Part shown: positions 27,975 through 36,860 of the stretch, piece after piece
How the letters are laid out: every line of letters begins with the position of its first letter
Position numbering within the stretch: position 1 is the stretch's first letter
Source of the DNA: an uncultured Lachnospiraceae bacterium
Lineage (GTDB): Bacteria; Bacillota; Clostridia; Lachnospirales; Lachnospiraceae
Length of the DNA stretch: 64,000 bases
NCBI GenBank assembly: GCA_964602475.1
Contig: CAZRRN010000008.1
Coordinates: 2,908-66,907 of the forward strand
Direction: 5' to 3'
The notes under the pieces: model-generated
The model's input: only the letters and a program-made list of their open reading frames with translations
What the model was told of the DNA's origin: nothing
The model's database searches: none
Made by a program: the position numbers and the translations under genes

Positions 27975-28760
27975 ATGTTTCAGTTTGGAATGCCGACACT
28001 GCTTGAAAATAAAAGCCTGACCGAGAACGCAATACTTTGCAGAAGGCTCGGACTGGCCTTTATTGAACTGAATATGAATTTTTTAGAGTATCAGGAGGAG
28101 TATCTGCGGAATACAAAGCTGCTTCGTGCCGTTGCAGAGGAATACAGTTTGTATTATACAATCCATCTGCCGGAGGAATTGAATGTATGTGATTTTAACA
28201 GCCGCGTGAGAACTGCGTATCTGGATACGATGAAGGCAGTACTTGAAATTGCGCAGGATCTGCATGTTCCGCTACTCAATCTGCACATGAATCATGGAAT
28301 ATATATTACGCTTCCGGATCGAAAAACCTACCTGTTTCAGGAGAAAAAGGAACGGTATCTGGAAGATATTGATAACTTTCGAAAGCTGTGCATACAGGAA
28401 ACCGGGTCATACGGGCCGTTGATTTCAATCGAAAATACCGATGGCTACAGAGAATTTGAAAAAGAAGCAATCAGGATTCTGCTGGGGGATAAACGGTTTT
28501 CCCTAACATGGGATATTGGACACTCTCACGGAGCAGGAAATACAGATGAACCGTTTCTGATGGAGCATGAGGATCGGCTGGGGCATTTTCATATCCATGA
28601 TGCACTCGGAAAGAGCAATCATCTTCCGCTTGGAAGCGGAGAAATAGATCTTTCCCAACGAATTGCACTTGCCCGTAAGCACGGGTGCCGGTGCGTCCTT
28701 GAAACCAAGACGATTGCGGCACTGGAAGCTTCAGTTGAATGGATAAAAAGAAACCTATAG
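27975..28760 (+). CDS. xylose isomerase-like TIM-barrel protein (AP_endonuc_2 / sugar phosphate isomerase-epimerase superfamily)
   Basis: Metal-ligand-like blocks: LNLHMNHG, SIENTDG, WDIGHSH, HFHIHDA. The start is ATG 27975 after GGAGGAAA; the longer track ORF overlaps the preceding gene out of frame. Confidence 0.75.
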   Translation: MFQFGMPTLLENKSLTENAILCRRLGLAFIELNMNFLEYQEEYLRNTKLLRAVAEEYSLYYTIHLPEELNVCDFNSRVRTAYLDTMKAVLEIAQDLHVPLLNLHMNHGIYITLPDRKTYLFQEKKERYLEDIDNFRKLCIQETGSYGPLISIENTDGYREFEKEAIRILLGDKRFSLTWDIGHSHGAGNTDEPFLMEHEDRLGHFHIHDALGKSNHLPLGSGEIDLSQRIALARKHGCRCVLETKTIAALEASVEWIKRNL

Positions 28761-28775
28761 AGATATTATATTAGC

Positions 28776-28820
28776 GTGTGCGGTAATCCAACCCGGAAAA
28801 GCTGCACACTTTTTATTTTT
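28776..28820 (+). terminator. terminator candidate
   Basis: GTGTGC (28776-28781) pairs with GCACAC (28804-28809) and is followed by TTTTTATTTTT. Confidence 0.5.
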
Positions 28821-28823
28821 ATC

Positions 28824-28852
28824 TTGACAAATACATCTGAACCGATTATCAT
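28824..28852 (+). promoter_or_regulatory. sigma-A promoter of the metal-resistance operon
   Basis: TTGACA (28824-28829), 17-nt spacer, TATCAT (28847-28852). Confidence 0.55.
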
Positions 28853-28865
28853 ATGAATCATGAAA

Positions 28866-28887
28866 CATATGAACGCACATTCATATG
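28866..28887. promoter_or_regulatory. ArsR/SmtB-type operator candidate
   Basis: Perfect inverted repeat CATATGAA-cgcaca-TTCATATG just downstream of the -10. A further TCATATGAAT half-site overlaps the -10. Confidence 0.6.
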
Positions 28888-28933
28888 AGATGAGAAACAA
28901 ATGAACCATGGAACGAGTGAAAGGAGACTGCCA

Positions 28934-29323
28934 ATGCAGAAACATAATCATGATGACATCCTGAGAATTGTAAGACATGATCTTCCGACGGATGAACTGC
29001 TCTGTGACCTGTCTGATTTATTCAAGGTATTCGGAGATACAACGCGTATTAAGATACTGTATGCTCTGATGGAATCGGAGCTGTGTGTCTGTGCAATAGC
29101 TGAACTCTTATCTATGACGCAGTCAGCAATTTCTCATCAGCTCAAAGTGCTAAAGGATAATAATCTGGTCGGGAGCTACCGTGTTGGAAAGACAATTGTA
29201 TATTTTCTGGCAGACGATCATGTCAGAGCCATGATTAGTCAGGGCTTTGAACACTTAATCGAGAAAATAGAGGAACCAAAACATCGACGTGAAAATAAAA
29301 CCGATAAGGAGAAGACAGAATGA
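28934..29323 (+). CDS. ArsR/SmtB family metalloregulator (CadC-like)
   Basis: The HTH region is FKVFGDTTRIKILYALMESELCVCAIAELLSMTQSAISHQLKVL, with the alpha3 CVC metal-site motif. The start is ATG 28934 after AAGGAG. Its stop overlaps the next ATG (ATGA). Confidence 0.85.
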   Translation: MQKHNHDDILRIVRHDLPTDELLCDLSDLFKVFGDTTRIKILYALMESELCVCAIAELLSMTQSAISHQLKVLKDNNLVGSYRVGKTIVYFLADDHVRAMISQGFEHLIEKIEEPKHRRENKTDKEKTE

Positions 29324-29538
29324 AAAAAGTATATCAGCTGGAGGATCTGGATTGCGCAAATTGTGCGGCGAAGATGGAGGAAGCAATCAGAAAGCTAGAC
29401 GGAGTTATTTCTGCAGAGGTTAATTTTATTATGCAGAAGCTGACGATTGAAGCAGAGGATGAGCACTTTGACGAGATTTTAACGGCAGTTACCAAAGCAG
29501 TGAAGAAGGTGGAGCCGGACTGTACAATCAGAAAGTAA
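29320..29538 (+). CDS. stand-alone heavy-metal-associated (HMA) domain protein / metallochaperone
   Basis: 72 aa with the ferredoxin-like HMA fold signature and a CxxC motif (LDCANCAAKMEEAI). Confidence 0.85.
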   Translation: MKKVYQLEDLDCANCAAKMEEAIRKLDGVISAEVNFIMQKLTIEAEDEHFDEILTAVTKAVKKVEPDCTIRK

Positions 29539-29592
29539 ACTTGAGATAAGCATGGGGAATCCATCAACGCAAATAGAGCATAGGAGACAAAC

Positions 29593-31431
29593 ATGAGCAG
29601 AAAACAAAGAAAAATATTGATAAGAATTGTAATATCCGCAGTTCTGTTTCTTGCGGCATGCCTGCTTCCGCTGACCGGAATCTGGAAGCTTGTAGCATTT
29701 TTGGTGCCATATCTTATCATCGGTTATGATGTGCTTTGGACGGCAGTTCGAAACATTTTACACGGACAGCTGTTTGATGAAGCATTTCTGATGGCACTGG
29801 CAACGGTGGGCGCAGTTGGTGTCGGTAAATATCCGGAAGCAGTTGCGGTTATGCTGTTTTATCAGACAGGTGAACTTTTTCAGGGAATTGCGGTCGGAAA
29901 AAGCAGAAAGTCCATTGCTTCACTCATGGATATCCGCCCGGATTCTGCGGTTGTGCTGCGCGACGGAGCAGAGCTTACGGTGTCGCCGGAGGAAGTCGGT
30001 GTCGGTGAAATCATCTGTATTCGACCCGGAGAAAAGATTCCGCTTGACGGGACAATTATCGCGGGCGGCACTTCGGTCAATACTTCGGCACTGACCGGAG
30101 AAAGCCTTCCGGTTGACAGAACCGAGGGAGATACAGTAATCAGCGGTTCGGTGAACCTGAGTGGTTTTATCCGGGTGAGGACAGAAAGCACCTTCAAAGA
30201 AAGTACCGTTTCGAAAATACTGGATCTGGTAGAGAATGCTTCCTCAAAGAAAGCACATGTGGAGAACTTTATCACGCGTTTTGCCCGTTACTACACTCCC
30301 TGCGTAGTGGTCGGCGCAGTCCTGCTTGCAGTGCTTCCGCCGCTTCTCTTTTCACAGGAATGGTCGGTATGGATTACTCGTGCACTGACATTTCTGGTAG
30401 TATCCTGTCCCTGCGCTCTTGTGATTTCCGTACCGCTGTCCTTCTTTGGTGGGATTGGAGGAGCTTCACGGGATGGAATTCTGATTAAGGGGGCAGGCTA
30501 TCTTGAACTGCTCTCCAAGGTAAAAACAGTTGTGTTCGACAAGACAGGAACACTTACCAAAGGAAGCTTTCAGGTGACTGCGATTCATCCGGAGCAGGTA
30601 TCTGAAGACGAGCTGCTTGATCTTGCGGCAGCAGCAGAATCACGTTCCGGGCATCCGATTGCGGAATCAATTGTGCTTGCCCATGGAAAGCATATAGACA
30701 GTCGGAGAATCGGAGAATTATCAGAGAAAGCAGGAAGGGGAATTCGGGCGGTAATCGACGGGAGAGTCATTTACGTCGGCAACGGACAGCTGATGGAGGA
30801 AGCCGGAGCTTCCTGGCACGAGTGCCATCATCCGGGAACCATCGTGCATATCTGCGACGGATCGGAATACCTTGGACATATTGTTATTTCTGACGTAATC
30901 AAACCGGATGCGAAGACGGCAATTGCAGAGCTTAAGAAGCTTGGAATTACACAGACGGTTATGCTGACCGGAGACAGAAGGAGGGTTGGCGAACAGGTAG
31001 GACAGGAACTTGGAATCGATGAAATACACACGGAACTGCTTCCGGCACAGAAGGTGGAAATCGTAGAAGAAAAGCTTGCAGAAGAAAAGACGCTGGCGTT
31101 TGTCGGAGACGGAATCAATGACGCACCGGTACTGACCAGAGCGGATATCGGAATCGCTATGGGTGCACTCGGAAGCGATGCGGCGATTGAAGCGGCAGAC
31201 ATTGTACTGATGGACGACAACCCTGAAAAGATTGCAAGAGCAGTCCGCATTTCAAGAAAAACAATGAGAATCGTTAAGGAAAATATTACGTTTGCACTTG
31301 GAGTAAAGGCACTGGTGCTTATTCTTGGAGCCTGTGGGCTTGCTGGTATGTGGGCGGCAGTTTTTGCCGATGTCGGCGTTATGATTCTGGCGATTATCAA
31401 TGCAATGCGGACGCTAAGACGCAGGTCATGA
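29593..31431 (+). CDS. cadA: heavy-metal translocating P1B-type ATPase (Cd/Zn/Pb-type), without fused N-terminal HMA domain
   Basis: TM CPC motif (VSCPCAL), phosphorylation site DKTGTLT, TGES-like GESLPV and hinge GDGINDAP. An AGGAGA RBS lies 5 nt before the ATG. Confidence 0.9.
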   Translation: MSRKQRKILIRIVISAVLFLAACLLPLTGIWKLVAFLVPYLIIGYDVLWTAVRNILHGQLFDEAFLMALATVGAVGVGKYPEAVAVMLFYQTGELFQGIAVGKSRKSIASLMDIRPDSAVVLRDGAELTVSPEEVGVGEIICIRPGEKIPLDGTIIAGGTSVNTSALTGESLPVDRTEGDTVISGSVNLSGFIRVRTESTFKESTVSKILDLVENASSKKAHVENFITRFARYYTPCVVVGAVLLAVLPPLLFSQEWSVWITRALTFLVVSCPCALVISVPLSFFGGIGGASRDGILIKGAGYLELLSKVKTVVFDKTGTLTKGSFQVTAIHPEQVSEDELLDLAAAAESRSGHPIAESIVLAHGKHIDSRRIGELSEKAGRGIRAVIDGRVIYVGNGQLMEEAGASWHECHHPGTIVHICDGSEYLGHIVISDVIKPDAKTAIAELKKLGITQTVMLTGDRRRVGEQVGQELGIDEIHTELLPAQKVEIVEEKLAEEKTLAFVGDGINDAPVLTRADIGIAMGALGSDAAIEAADIVLMDDNPEKIARAVRISRKTMRIVKENITFALGVKALVLILGACGLAGMWAAVFADVGVMILAIINAMRTLRRRS

Positions 31432-31471
31432 TAAAACCGCAGTAAATAAGCAGTGTCTTTTCAAAAAACTC

Positions 31472-31500
31472 TTGAAGAATCCGGTGGTATCGTGTACAAT
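31472..31500 (+). promoter_or_regulatory. sigma-A promoter candidate for the FGGY kinase gene
   Basis: TTGAAG (31472-31477), 17-nt spacer, TACAAT (31495-31500), preceded by TG. Confidence 0.45.
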
Positions 31501-31527
31501 GGTACCCATAAGATATACATGAAACTA

Positions 31528-31543
31528 AATTTGTTTACAAATT
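31528..31543. promoter_or_regulatory. palindromic operator candidate
   Basis: AATTTGT-tt-ACAAATT, lying ~30 nt downstream of the -10 in the leader of the kinase gene. Confidence 0.35.
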
Positions 31544-31612
31544 AGTAAAGAATATTACTCCGGCTCAAGGTTATTCAGAAAACCGGTGAAATCAGAGAAG
31601 GGGAATGAAGCT

Positions 31613-33214
31613 ATGGACAAGAACAGTGCAAAAAATACGATTCAGTCTGGAAACGCAGTGCTTGGAATCGAGTTTGGATCAACACGAATTAAAGCAATCC
31701 TCATAAATGAGAACAATGAACCGATTGCTTCCGGGAGTCATGACTGGGAGAACCGTTATGAGAACGGAGTATGGACCTATAGTCTTAATGACATCTGGAA
31801 GGGTCTGCAGGACTGCTATACACGTCTGCAGTCGGATGTTAAGCTGCAGTATGATGTCGAAATCATTCAGCTTTCAGCTATCGGCTTCAGTGCAATGATG
31901 CATGGCTATATGGCATTCAATAAGGAGGAAGAGCTGATGGTGCCGTTCCGCACATGGCGGAATACCATTACGGAGCAGGCTTCGGAGAAGTTAACGGAAT
32001 TATTCAGTTTCCATATTCCGCAGAGATGGAGCATTGCGCATCTGTATCAGGCAATTCTCAATCAGGAGGAGCATGTGAAGAACATCTCCTTTGTGACAAC
32101 TCTTGCGGGCTACATTCACTGGAAGATGACAGGAAGAAAGGTAGTTGGGATTGGAGAAGCTTCCGGTATGTTCCCGATTGATTCAGCGACAAAGCAGTAT
32201 AATAAAGAGATGCTGGAGAAATTTGACCGGCTGGAAAATGTAGCACAGTATGGCTTAAAGCTGGAGGATATCTTCCCTGCAGTTCTGTCTGCAGGAGAAA
32301 CAGCCGGAACTCTGACAAAAGAGGGAGCAAAGCTTCTGGATGTCAGCGGAAAGCTGGAAGCCGGCTGCCCTGTCTGTCCTCCGGAGGGAGACGCAGGAAC
32401 CGGAATGACAGCAACGAACAGTGTTGCAAAACGTACCGGAAATGTTTCTGCAGGAACCTCTGTCTTTGCAATGGTTGTCATGGAGAAACCGCTTTCGAAG
32501 CCTTACGAAGAGATTGATATTGTTACAACTCCGACCGGAGACTCGGTAGCAATGGTACACTGCAATAACTGTACATCGGATCTCAATGCGTGGGTATCTG
32601 TGTTTCGTGAGTTTGCAGAAAGTCTCGGAGTGGAGCCGGATATGGATCGTATTTATTCTGTGCTTTACAATAAAGCACTGGAGGGGGATGCAGACTGCGG
32701 CGGACTTCTGGCATATAATTATTTCTCCGGAGAACATATTACAGGCTTTGAAGAGGGTCGGCCACTTTTCGTGAGAACAACGGAAAGCAGCTTTACTCTT
32801 GCTAATTTTATGCGTGCCAATTTATTCACTGCACTTGGTGCACTGAAAACGGGACTTGACATTCTTCTAAAGACCGAAGGGGTAAAGCTTGACAAGATTT
32901 ACGGACATGGTGGTCTGTTTAAGACGAAAGGAGTCGGACAGAAGATTCTGGCAGCAGCGATTGATGCGCCTGTATCTGTTATGAAGACCGCAGGAGAAGG
33001 CGGAGCCTGGGGAATTGCTGTTCTTGCTTCTTACATGGTTAAGAAGGCAGAGAACGAGACACTTGCAGATTTTCTGAACAACCGGGTATTTGCCGGACAG
33101 AGTGCTGTAAAGGAACAGCCGGACAGCAGGGATGTCGAGGGCTTTAACCGGTTTATGGAGCGCTATACAAAAGGTCTTCCGATTGAGCGTGCTGCCGTGG
33201 ATTTTATGAAATAA
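31613..33214 (+). CDS. FGGY family carbohydrate kinase (xylulokinase-like)
   Basis: ASKHA-fold N-terminal phosphate-1 motif ([14 protein letters not shown]) and FGGY-type C-terminal block ([20 protein letters not shown]). ATG 31613 is preferred over the GTG at 31586 and follows GAAGGGGAA. Confidence 0.8.
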   Translation: MDKNSAKNTIQSGNAVLGIEFGSTRIKAILINENNEPIASGSHDWENRYENGVWTYSLNDIWKGLQDCYTRLQSDVKLQYDVEIIQLSAIGFSAMMHGYMAFNKEEELMVPFRTWRNTITEQASEKLTELFSFHIPQRWSIAHLYQAILNQEEHVKNISFVTTLAGYIHWKMTGRKVVGIGEASGMFPIDSATKQYNKEMLEKFDRLENVAQYGLKLEDIFPAVLSAGETAGTLTKEGAKLLDVSGKLEAGCPVCPPEGDAGTGMTATNSVAKRTGNVSAGTSVFAMVVMEKPLSKPYEEIDIVTTPTGDSVAMVHCNNCTSDLNAWVSVFREFAESLGVEPDMDRIYSVLYNKALEGDADCGGLLAYNYFSGEHITGFEEGRPLFVRTTESSFTLANFMRANLFTALGALKTGLDILLKTEGVKLDKIYGHGGLFKTKGVGQKILAAAIDAPVSVMKTAGEGGAWGIAVLASYMVKKAENETLADFLNNRVFAGQSAVKEQPDSRDVEGFNRFMERYTKGLPIERAAVDFMK

Positions 33215-33338
33215 TACAGGAGTGGTTCTCTTAATTCGTATTGCCAGAGCCTCCCGGATGTGTTAAACTGAACAAAAGGCATCCCTGAAAATGATGTTGG
33301 GACCGCGTTCAGAATGAACACAGGCGGGAGGTTCTTCT

Positions 33339-36300
33339 ATGCAGTGGGATATTACACTTGATGTATGTGCATTGGTAGCATTGGTCGTATTCTGCACCTA
33401 TACATTTTCCATGAAGCGGTTCAAAACACGATTAAGCAAGATGTATGATGTCTTCTGCGTTGTCATCTTTATTTCAATTCTGCTTGATATTCTGGGTGTA
33501 GTGACAGTATCCTATTCCCGATATTTTTCACCGGCTGTCATTTATATCGTCAATATGCTGTATCTTTTGGTAATTAATTCAATGGGAGTGATGTTCTATT
33601 ATTATCTCCTTCTTCTGACAGACAGCAACGGGAACTCTGTTGTCTGTAAAATTCTGCGTGTTCTACCCTATCTTTGTGCTGCAGCGCTTATCCTGACCAC
33701 TCCGATTACCGGGTGGGTCATATATATTGATGCATCCGGTACTTATATACATGGCTCGCAAATGCTGACTCTTCATGTTCTCTCGGGAATCTATATTATA
33801 CTGTGCATTATCACTTTACTCCGTTATAGAAAAAACATCTCGACACATCGTATGGTAGCAATCTTTTTGTATATGGCGCTTCTGTTGGCTGCGATTGGAT
33901 TGCAGGCTGTTTTCCCAAATCTGCTTCTGCTTGGTTTTGCATGTACGCTGGGGGTTATCACGCTTTATCTTGGACAGTACAACCCAAATGAAACCATTGA
34001 CGATAAAACAGATTTGTTCAACCAGAACTCCTTCAGCAGCAGCATAGCCAGCTACATAAAGGAAGGGGAACGGTTCAGTATTATCGTATTTGAAACCGAT
34101 AAATTCCAGACGCTCGAAGAACAGTATGGAGACCAGACGGCACAGGCAGCTCTGAAAAAAATAGCTGACTTTCTGCTGGAAATTTTTAGTGAACAGACGC
34201 TTTATAAGCTTGACGGATACCGATTTGCCATTATTGCTTCGGATAACAGCCGAACGGTGAACGAGGTGGCACGCAGAAGATATTCCTATGCCTCCGACAT
34301 TTTCTCCGGAACAGGAAGAATGAATGAATCAGAGGATGAACAGATTATTCTGCAGGCAATCATGGAGCGGTTTGACCACCCCTGGCACATCGGGGAGGAT
34401 GATATACGGATGACAGTATGTATCTGCTATATGACCTATCCGGAGGACGTTAAGCGATCCGATGAAATCAACGATATGATTGACTCCTCCTTGAAGTATG
34501 CCCAGTCAATCGGTCCGGGTACAATCCTGTATGCCGCAGAGTATACCAAGACCCGTGAACGTTATATCGATGAACTGCAGCAGAAGCAGATTGATTTGGA
34601 AGAGATGACAAAACGTGCAGAAGAAGCAAGAATCAATGCAGAAAATGCGGATGCTTCCAAGACGAAATTTCTTGCAAATATGTCTCATGAAATCCGGACT
34701 CCCATGAATGCGATTATGGGTATGACAGAACTTGTGCTGCGCGATAATATCAGCGATCAGGTTCGAAAGAACATGAGTAATATCCAAAGTGCCGGGAATA
34801 CCCTGCTGACAATCATTAATGACATTCTTGATTTTTCGAAGGTAGAAGCCGGAAAGATGGAGGTTGTCTCTGCTCCCTACGAGACCGCTTCCCTGCTTAA
34901 CAATGTACTGAGTGTCGGAGCGTCTCGTCTTGTCGGTAAAAACCTCAACTTTATTGTTGATGCAGATCCGACGATACCGTCAGGCTTTCTTGGTGACGAG
35001 ATGCGTCTTCGCCAAATCATTATTACTCTTCTTGGAAATGCAATCAAATATACGAAAAGAGGTTCGGTTACACTGAAGCTTTACTGGACTCTTCGGGGGA
35101 ACAGCAGCGAGGATGATGATGAGTCGACAGCAGACCTGACTGTGGAGATTATTGATACCGGTTCAGGAATCCGCGAAGAGGATCTTGCAAAGCTGTTTCA
35201 CAGCTTTACCCGGATTGACGAACAGAAAAACCGTCTGATTGAGGGAACCGGTCTCGGACTGTCCATCTGCAAGCGGCTGGCAGATCTAATGTCCGGGACT
35301 ATCTCTGTAGAAAGCGAATACGGAGCCGGGAGTAAATTTACACTCCGCATACCGCAGAAGATTATTAATATCCGTCCGTTTGTTTTTGTGGAAGAGGCAG
35401 AAGGCATGAACACACTTTTGTATGCCGAAGATTCCGCCATTCAAGAGGATCTTTCCCGTATTCTTGCCCAGCTTGGTATTTCCTGTACAATGGTTGACTC
35501 GGAGAAGAATTTTAATACAGTTCTGACAGCGCAGAGCTTTACTCATATTTTTGTGGAATATTCACTCTACGAGCGGATTAAGGACCAGATTAAGTCTCAG
35601 AAAATGAAACTCATTCTGGCACTGAAAAGCAATCAGCTGGTGAACGGGAACAGCAAGGCACTGGTGGTTCAAAGCCCGTTCTATTGCCTTAATGTAGCAG
35701 AAGTTCTCAATGATCTTTATACGAACTTCAATCATACAGGGCATCAGGTTAATACATATATTGCTCCCGAGGCCAAAATTCTCGCAGTAGATGACAGTGC
35801 CGTAAATCTACAGATTATTACGGGATTGCTGCAGCCCCATAAAATGCAGGTTGATACTGTAGAAAGCGGAAAAGAATGTCTGGAGCTTCTGAAGAAGAAG
35901 CGATACCATTTGATTCTGATGGATCACATGATGCCGGATATGGACGGGATTGAGACCCTGAACGCAATACGGGCAATGGAGGATGAAAACTGTCGCACAG
36001 TTCCTGTGGTTGTTGTCTCGGCAAAGGCAATCAGCGGTGTTCGGAAAATGTTTGAGGAGGTCGGCTTTCAGGACTATATTTCAAAGCCGATCAGCATAGA
36101 GCGCCTTGAGGATGTCGTGCTCCGTTATATTCCACTGGAATTGATCAAAGATGATGTGGAGGAAGAGCAGGAGAAGGGAGAAATTGTATCGATGTTTATT
36201 CCGGGAGTCGATATCCAGCAGGGAATCGAGAACTGCGGAGGAAGCTTCCAAAACTACATTACTCTGCTTTCCGTAGTCCTTCAGGATGGTCGGAAGAAAC

Positions 36301-36800
36301 TTGATGCTATGGAGAAGTATCGTGAAAATGAGGAATTTGATCAATATATCATCGAAGTGCATGCACTTAAGAGCGTTGCTGCGAGCATCGGGGCAGATCA
36401 GATGTCAGTGATGGCCAAACAGCTTGAGATGGCATGCAGGGAACAGCGATACTACGAGGTGAAGGACGGACACAGAGCCTTTTGTGATGCTTACAGCGAT
36501 ATGCTGGATCATATAGAAGATGCTTTGGAAGAAAAAAAGAAGATTAAGAAGGAAGAGAAGCCGGGAACACGGCAGCAGCTTTCAGAACAGTTCTTTCATG
36601 ACCGGGTATTGGCTCTTCTTGCGCTTCTGCATGATTACGAAGAGGATGCGGCAGGAAGGCTTCTTTCGGAGGTACTGGAATATGAGCTGTCTGAGGAACA
36701 AACGGCTTTACTGGATGAAATAAGCAGAAAGCTGGAGCTGTTTGACTATGATGAGGCGGAGAAGCTGATAAAGGGCTGGCTGAGTGATCATCAGACGTGA
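33339..36800 (+). CDS. unorthodox hybrid sensor kinase: multi-TM N-domain - degenerate GGDEF-like domain - HisKA/HATPase - pseudo-receiver - REC - Hpt
   Basis: - About 6-7 N-terminal TM helices.
- GGDEF-fold region with DGYRF in place of GGDEF (IVFETDKFQTLEEQYGDQTAQAAL...YKLDGYRFAIIAS).
- H-box FLANMSHEIRTPMNAIMG and G-box GTGLGLSICKRLADLMSG.
- REC: ILAVDDSAVN...LMDHMMPDMDGIE.
- Hpt: EVHALKSVAASIGA. Confidence 0.9.
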   Translation: MQWDITLDVCALVALVVFCTYTFSMKRFKTRLSKMYDVFCVVIFISILLDILGVVTVSYSRYFSPAVIYIVNMLYLLVINSMGVMFYYYLLLLTDSNGNSVVCKILRVLPYLCAAALILTTPITGWVIYIDASGTYIHGSQMLTLHVLSGIYIILCIITLLRYRKNISTHRMVAIFLYMALLLAAIGLQAVFPNLLLLGFACTLGVITLYLGQYNPNETIDDKTDLFNQNSFSSSIASYIKEGERFSIIVFETDKFQTLEEQYGDQTAQAALKKIADFLLEIFSEQTLYKLDGYRFAIIASDNSRTVNEVARRRYSYASDIFSGTGRMNESEDEQIILQAIMERFDHPWHIGEDDIRMTVCICYMTYPEDVKRSDEINDMIDSSLKYAQSIGPGTILYAAEYTKTRERYIDELQQKQIDLEEMTKRAEEARINAENADASKTKFLANMSHEIRTPMNAIMGMTELVLRDNISDQVRKNMSNIQSAGNTLLTIINDILDFSKVEAGKMEVVSAPYETASLLNNVLSVGASRLVGKNLNFIVDADPTIPSGFLGDEMRLRQIIITLLGNAIKYTKRGSVTLKLYWTLRGNSSEDDDESTADLTVEIIDTGSGIREEDLAKLFHSFTRIDEQKNRLIEGTGLGLSICKRLADLMSGTISVESEYGAGSKFTLRIPQKIINIRPFVFVEEAEGMNTLLYAEDSAIQEDLSRILAQLGISCTMVDSEKNFNTVLTAQSFTHIFVEYSLYERIKDQIKSQKMKLILALKSNQLVNGNSKALVVQSPFYCLNVAEVLNDLYTNFNHTGHQVNTYIAPEAKILAVDDSAVNLQIITGLLQPHKMQVDTVESGKECLELLKKKRYHLILMDHMMPDMDGIETLNAIRAMEDENCRTVPVVVVSAKAISGVRKMFEEVGFQDYISKPISIERLEDVVLRYIPLELIKDDVEEEQEKGEIVSMFIPGVDIQQGIENCGGSFQNYITLLSVVLQDGRKKLDAMEKYRENEEFDQYIIEVHALKSVAASIGADQMSVMAKQLEMACREQRYYEVKDGHRAFCDAYSDMLDHIEDALEEKKKIKKEEKPGTRQQLSEQFFHDRVLALLALLHDYEEDAAGRLLSEVLEYELSEEQTALLDEISRKLELFDYDEAEKLIKGWLSDHQT

Positions 36801-36860
36801 TAAGGAATATCTAAAAAATGAAAAGACCGATAGATAGAATTTTACTGACGGAGGGATGAT

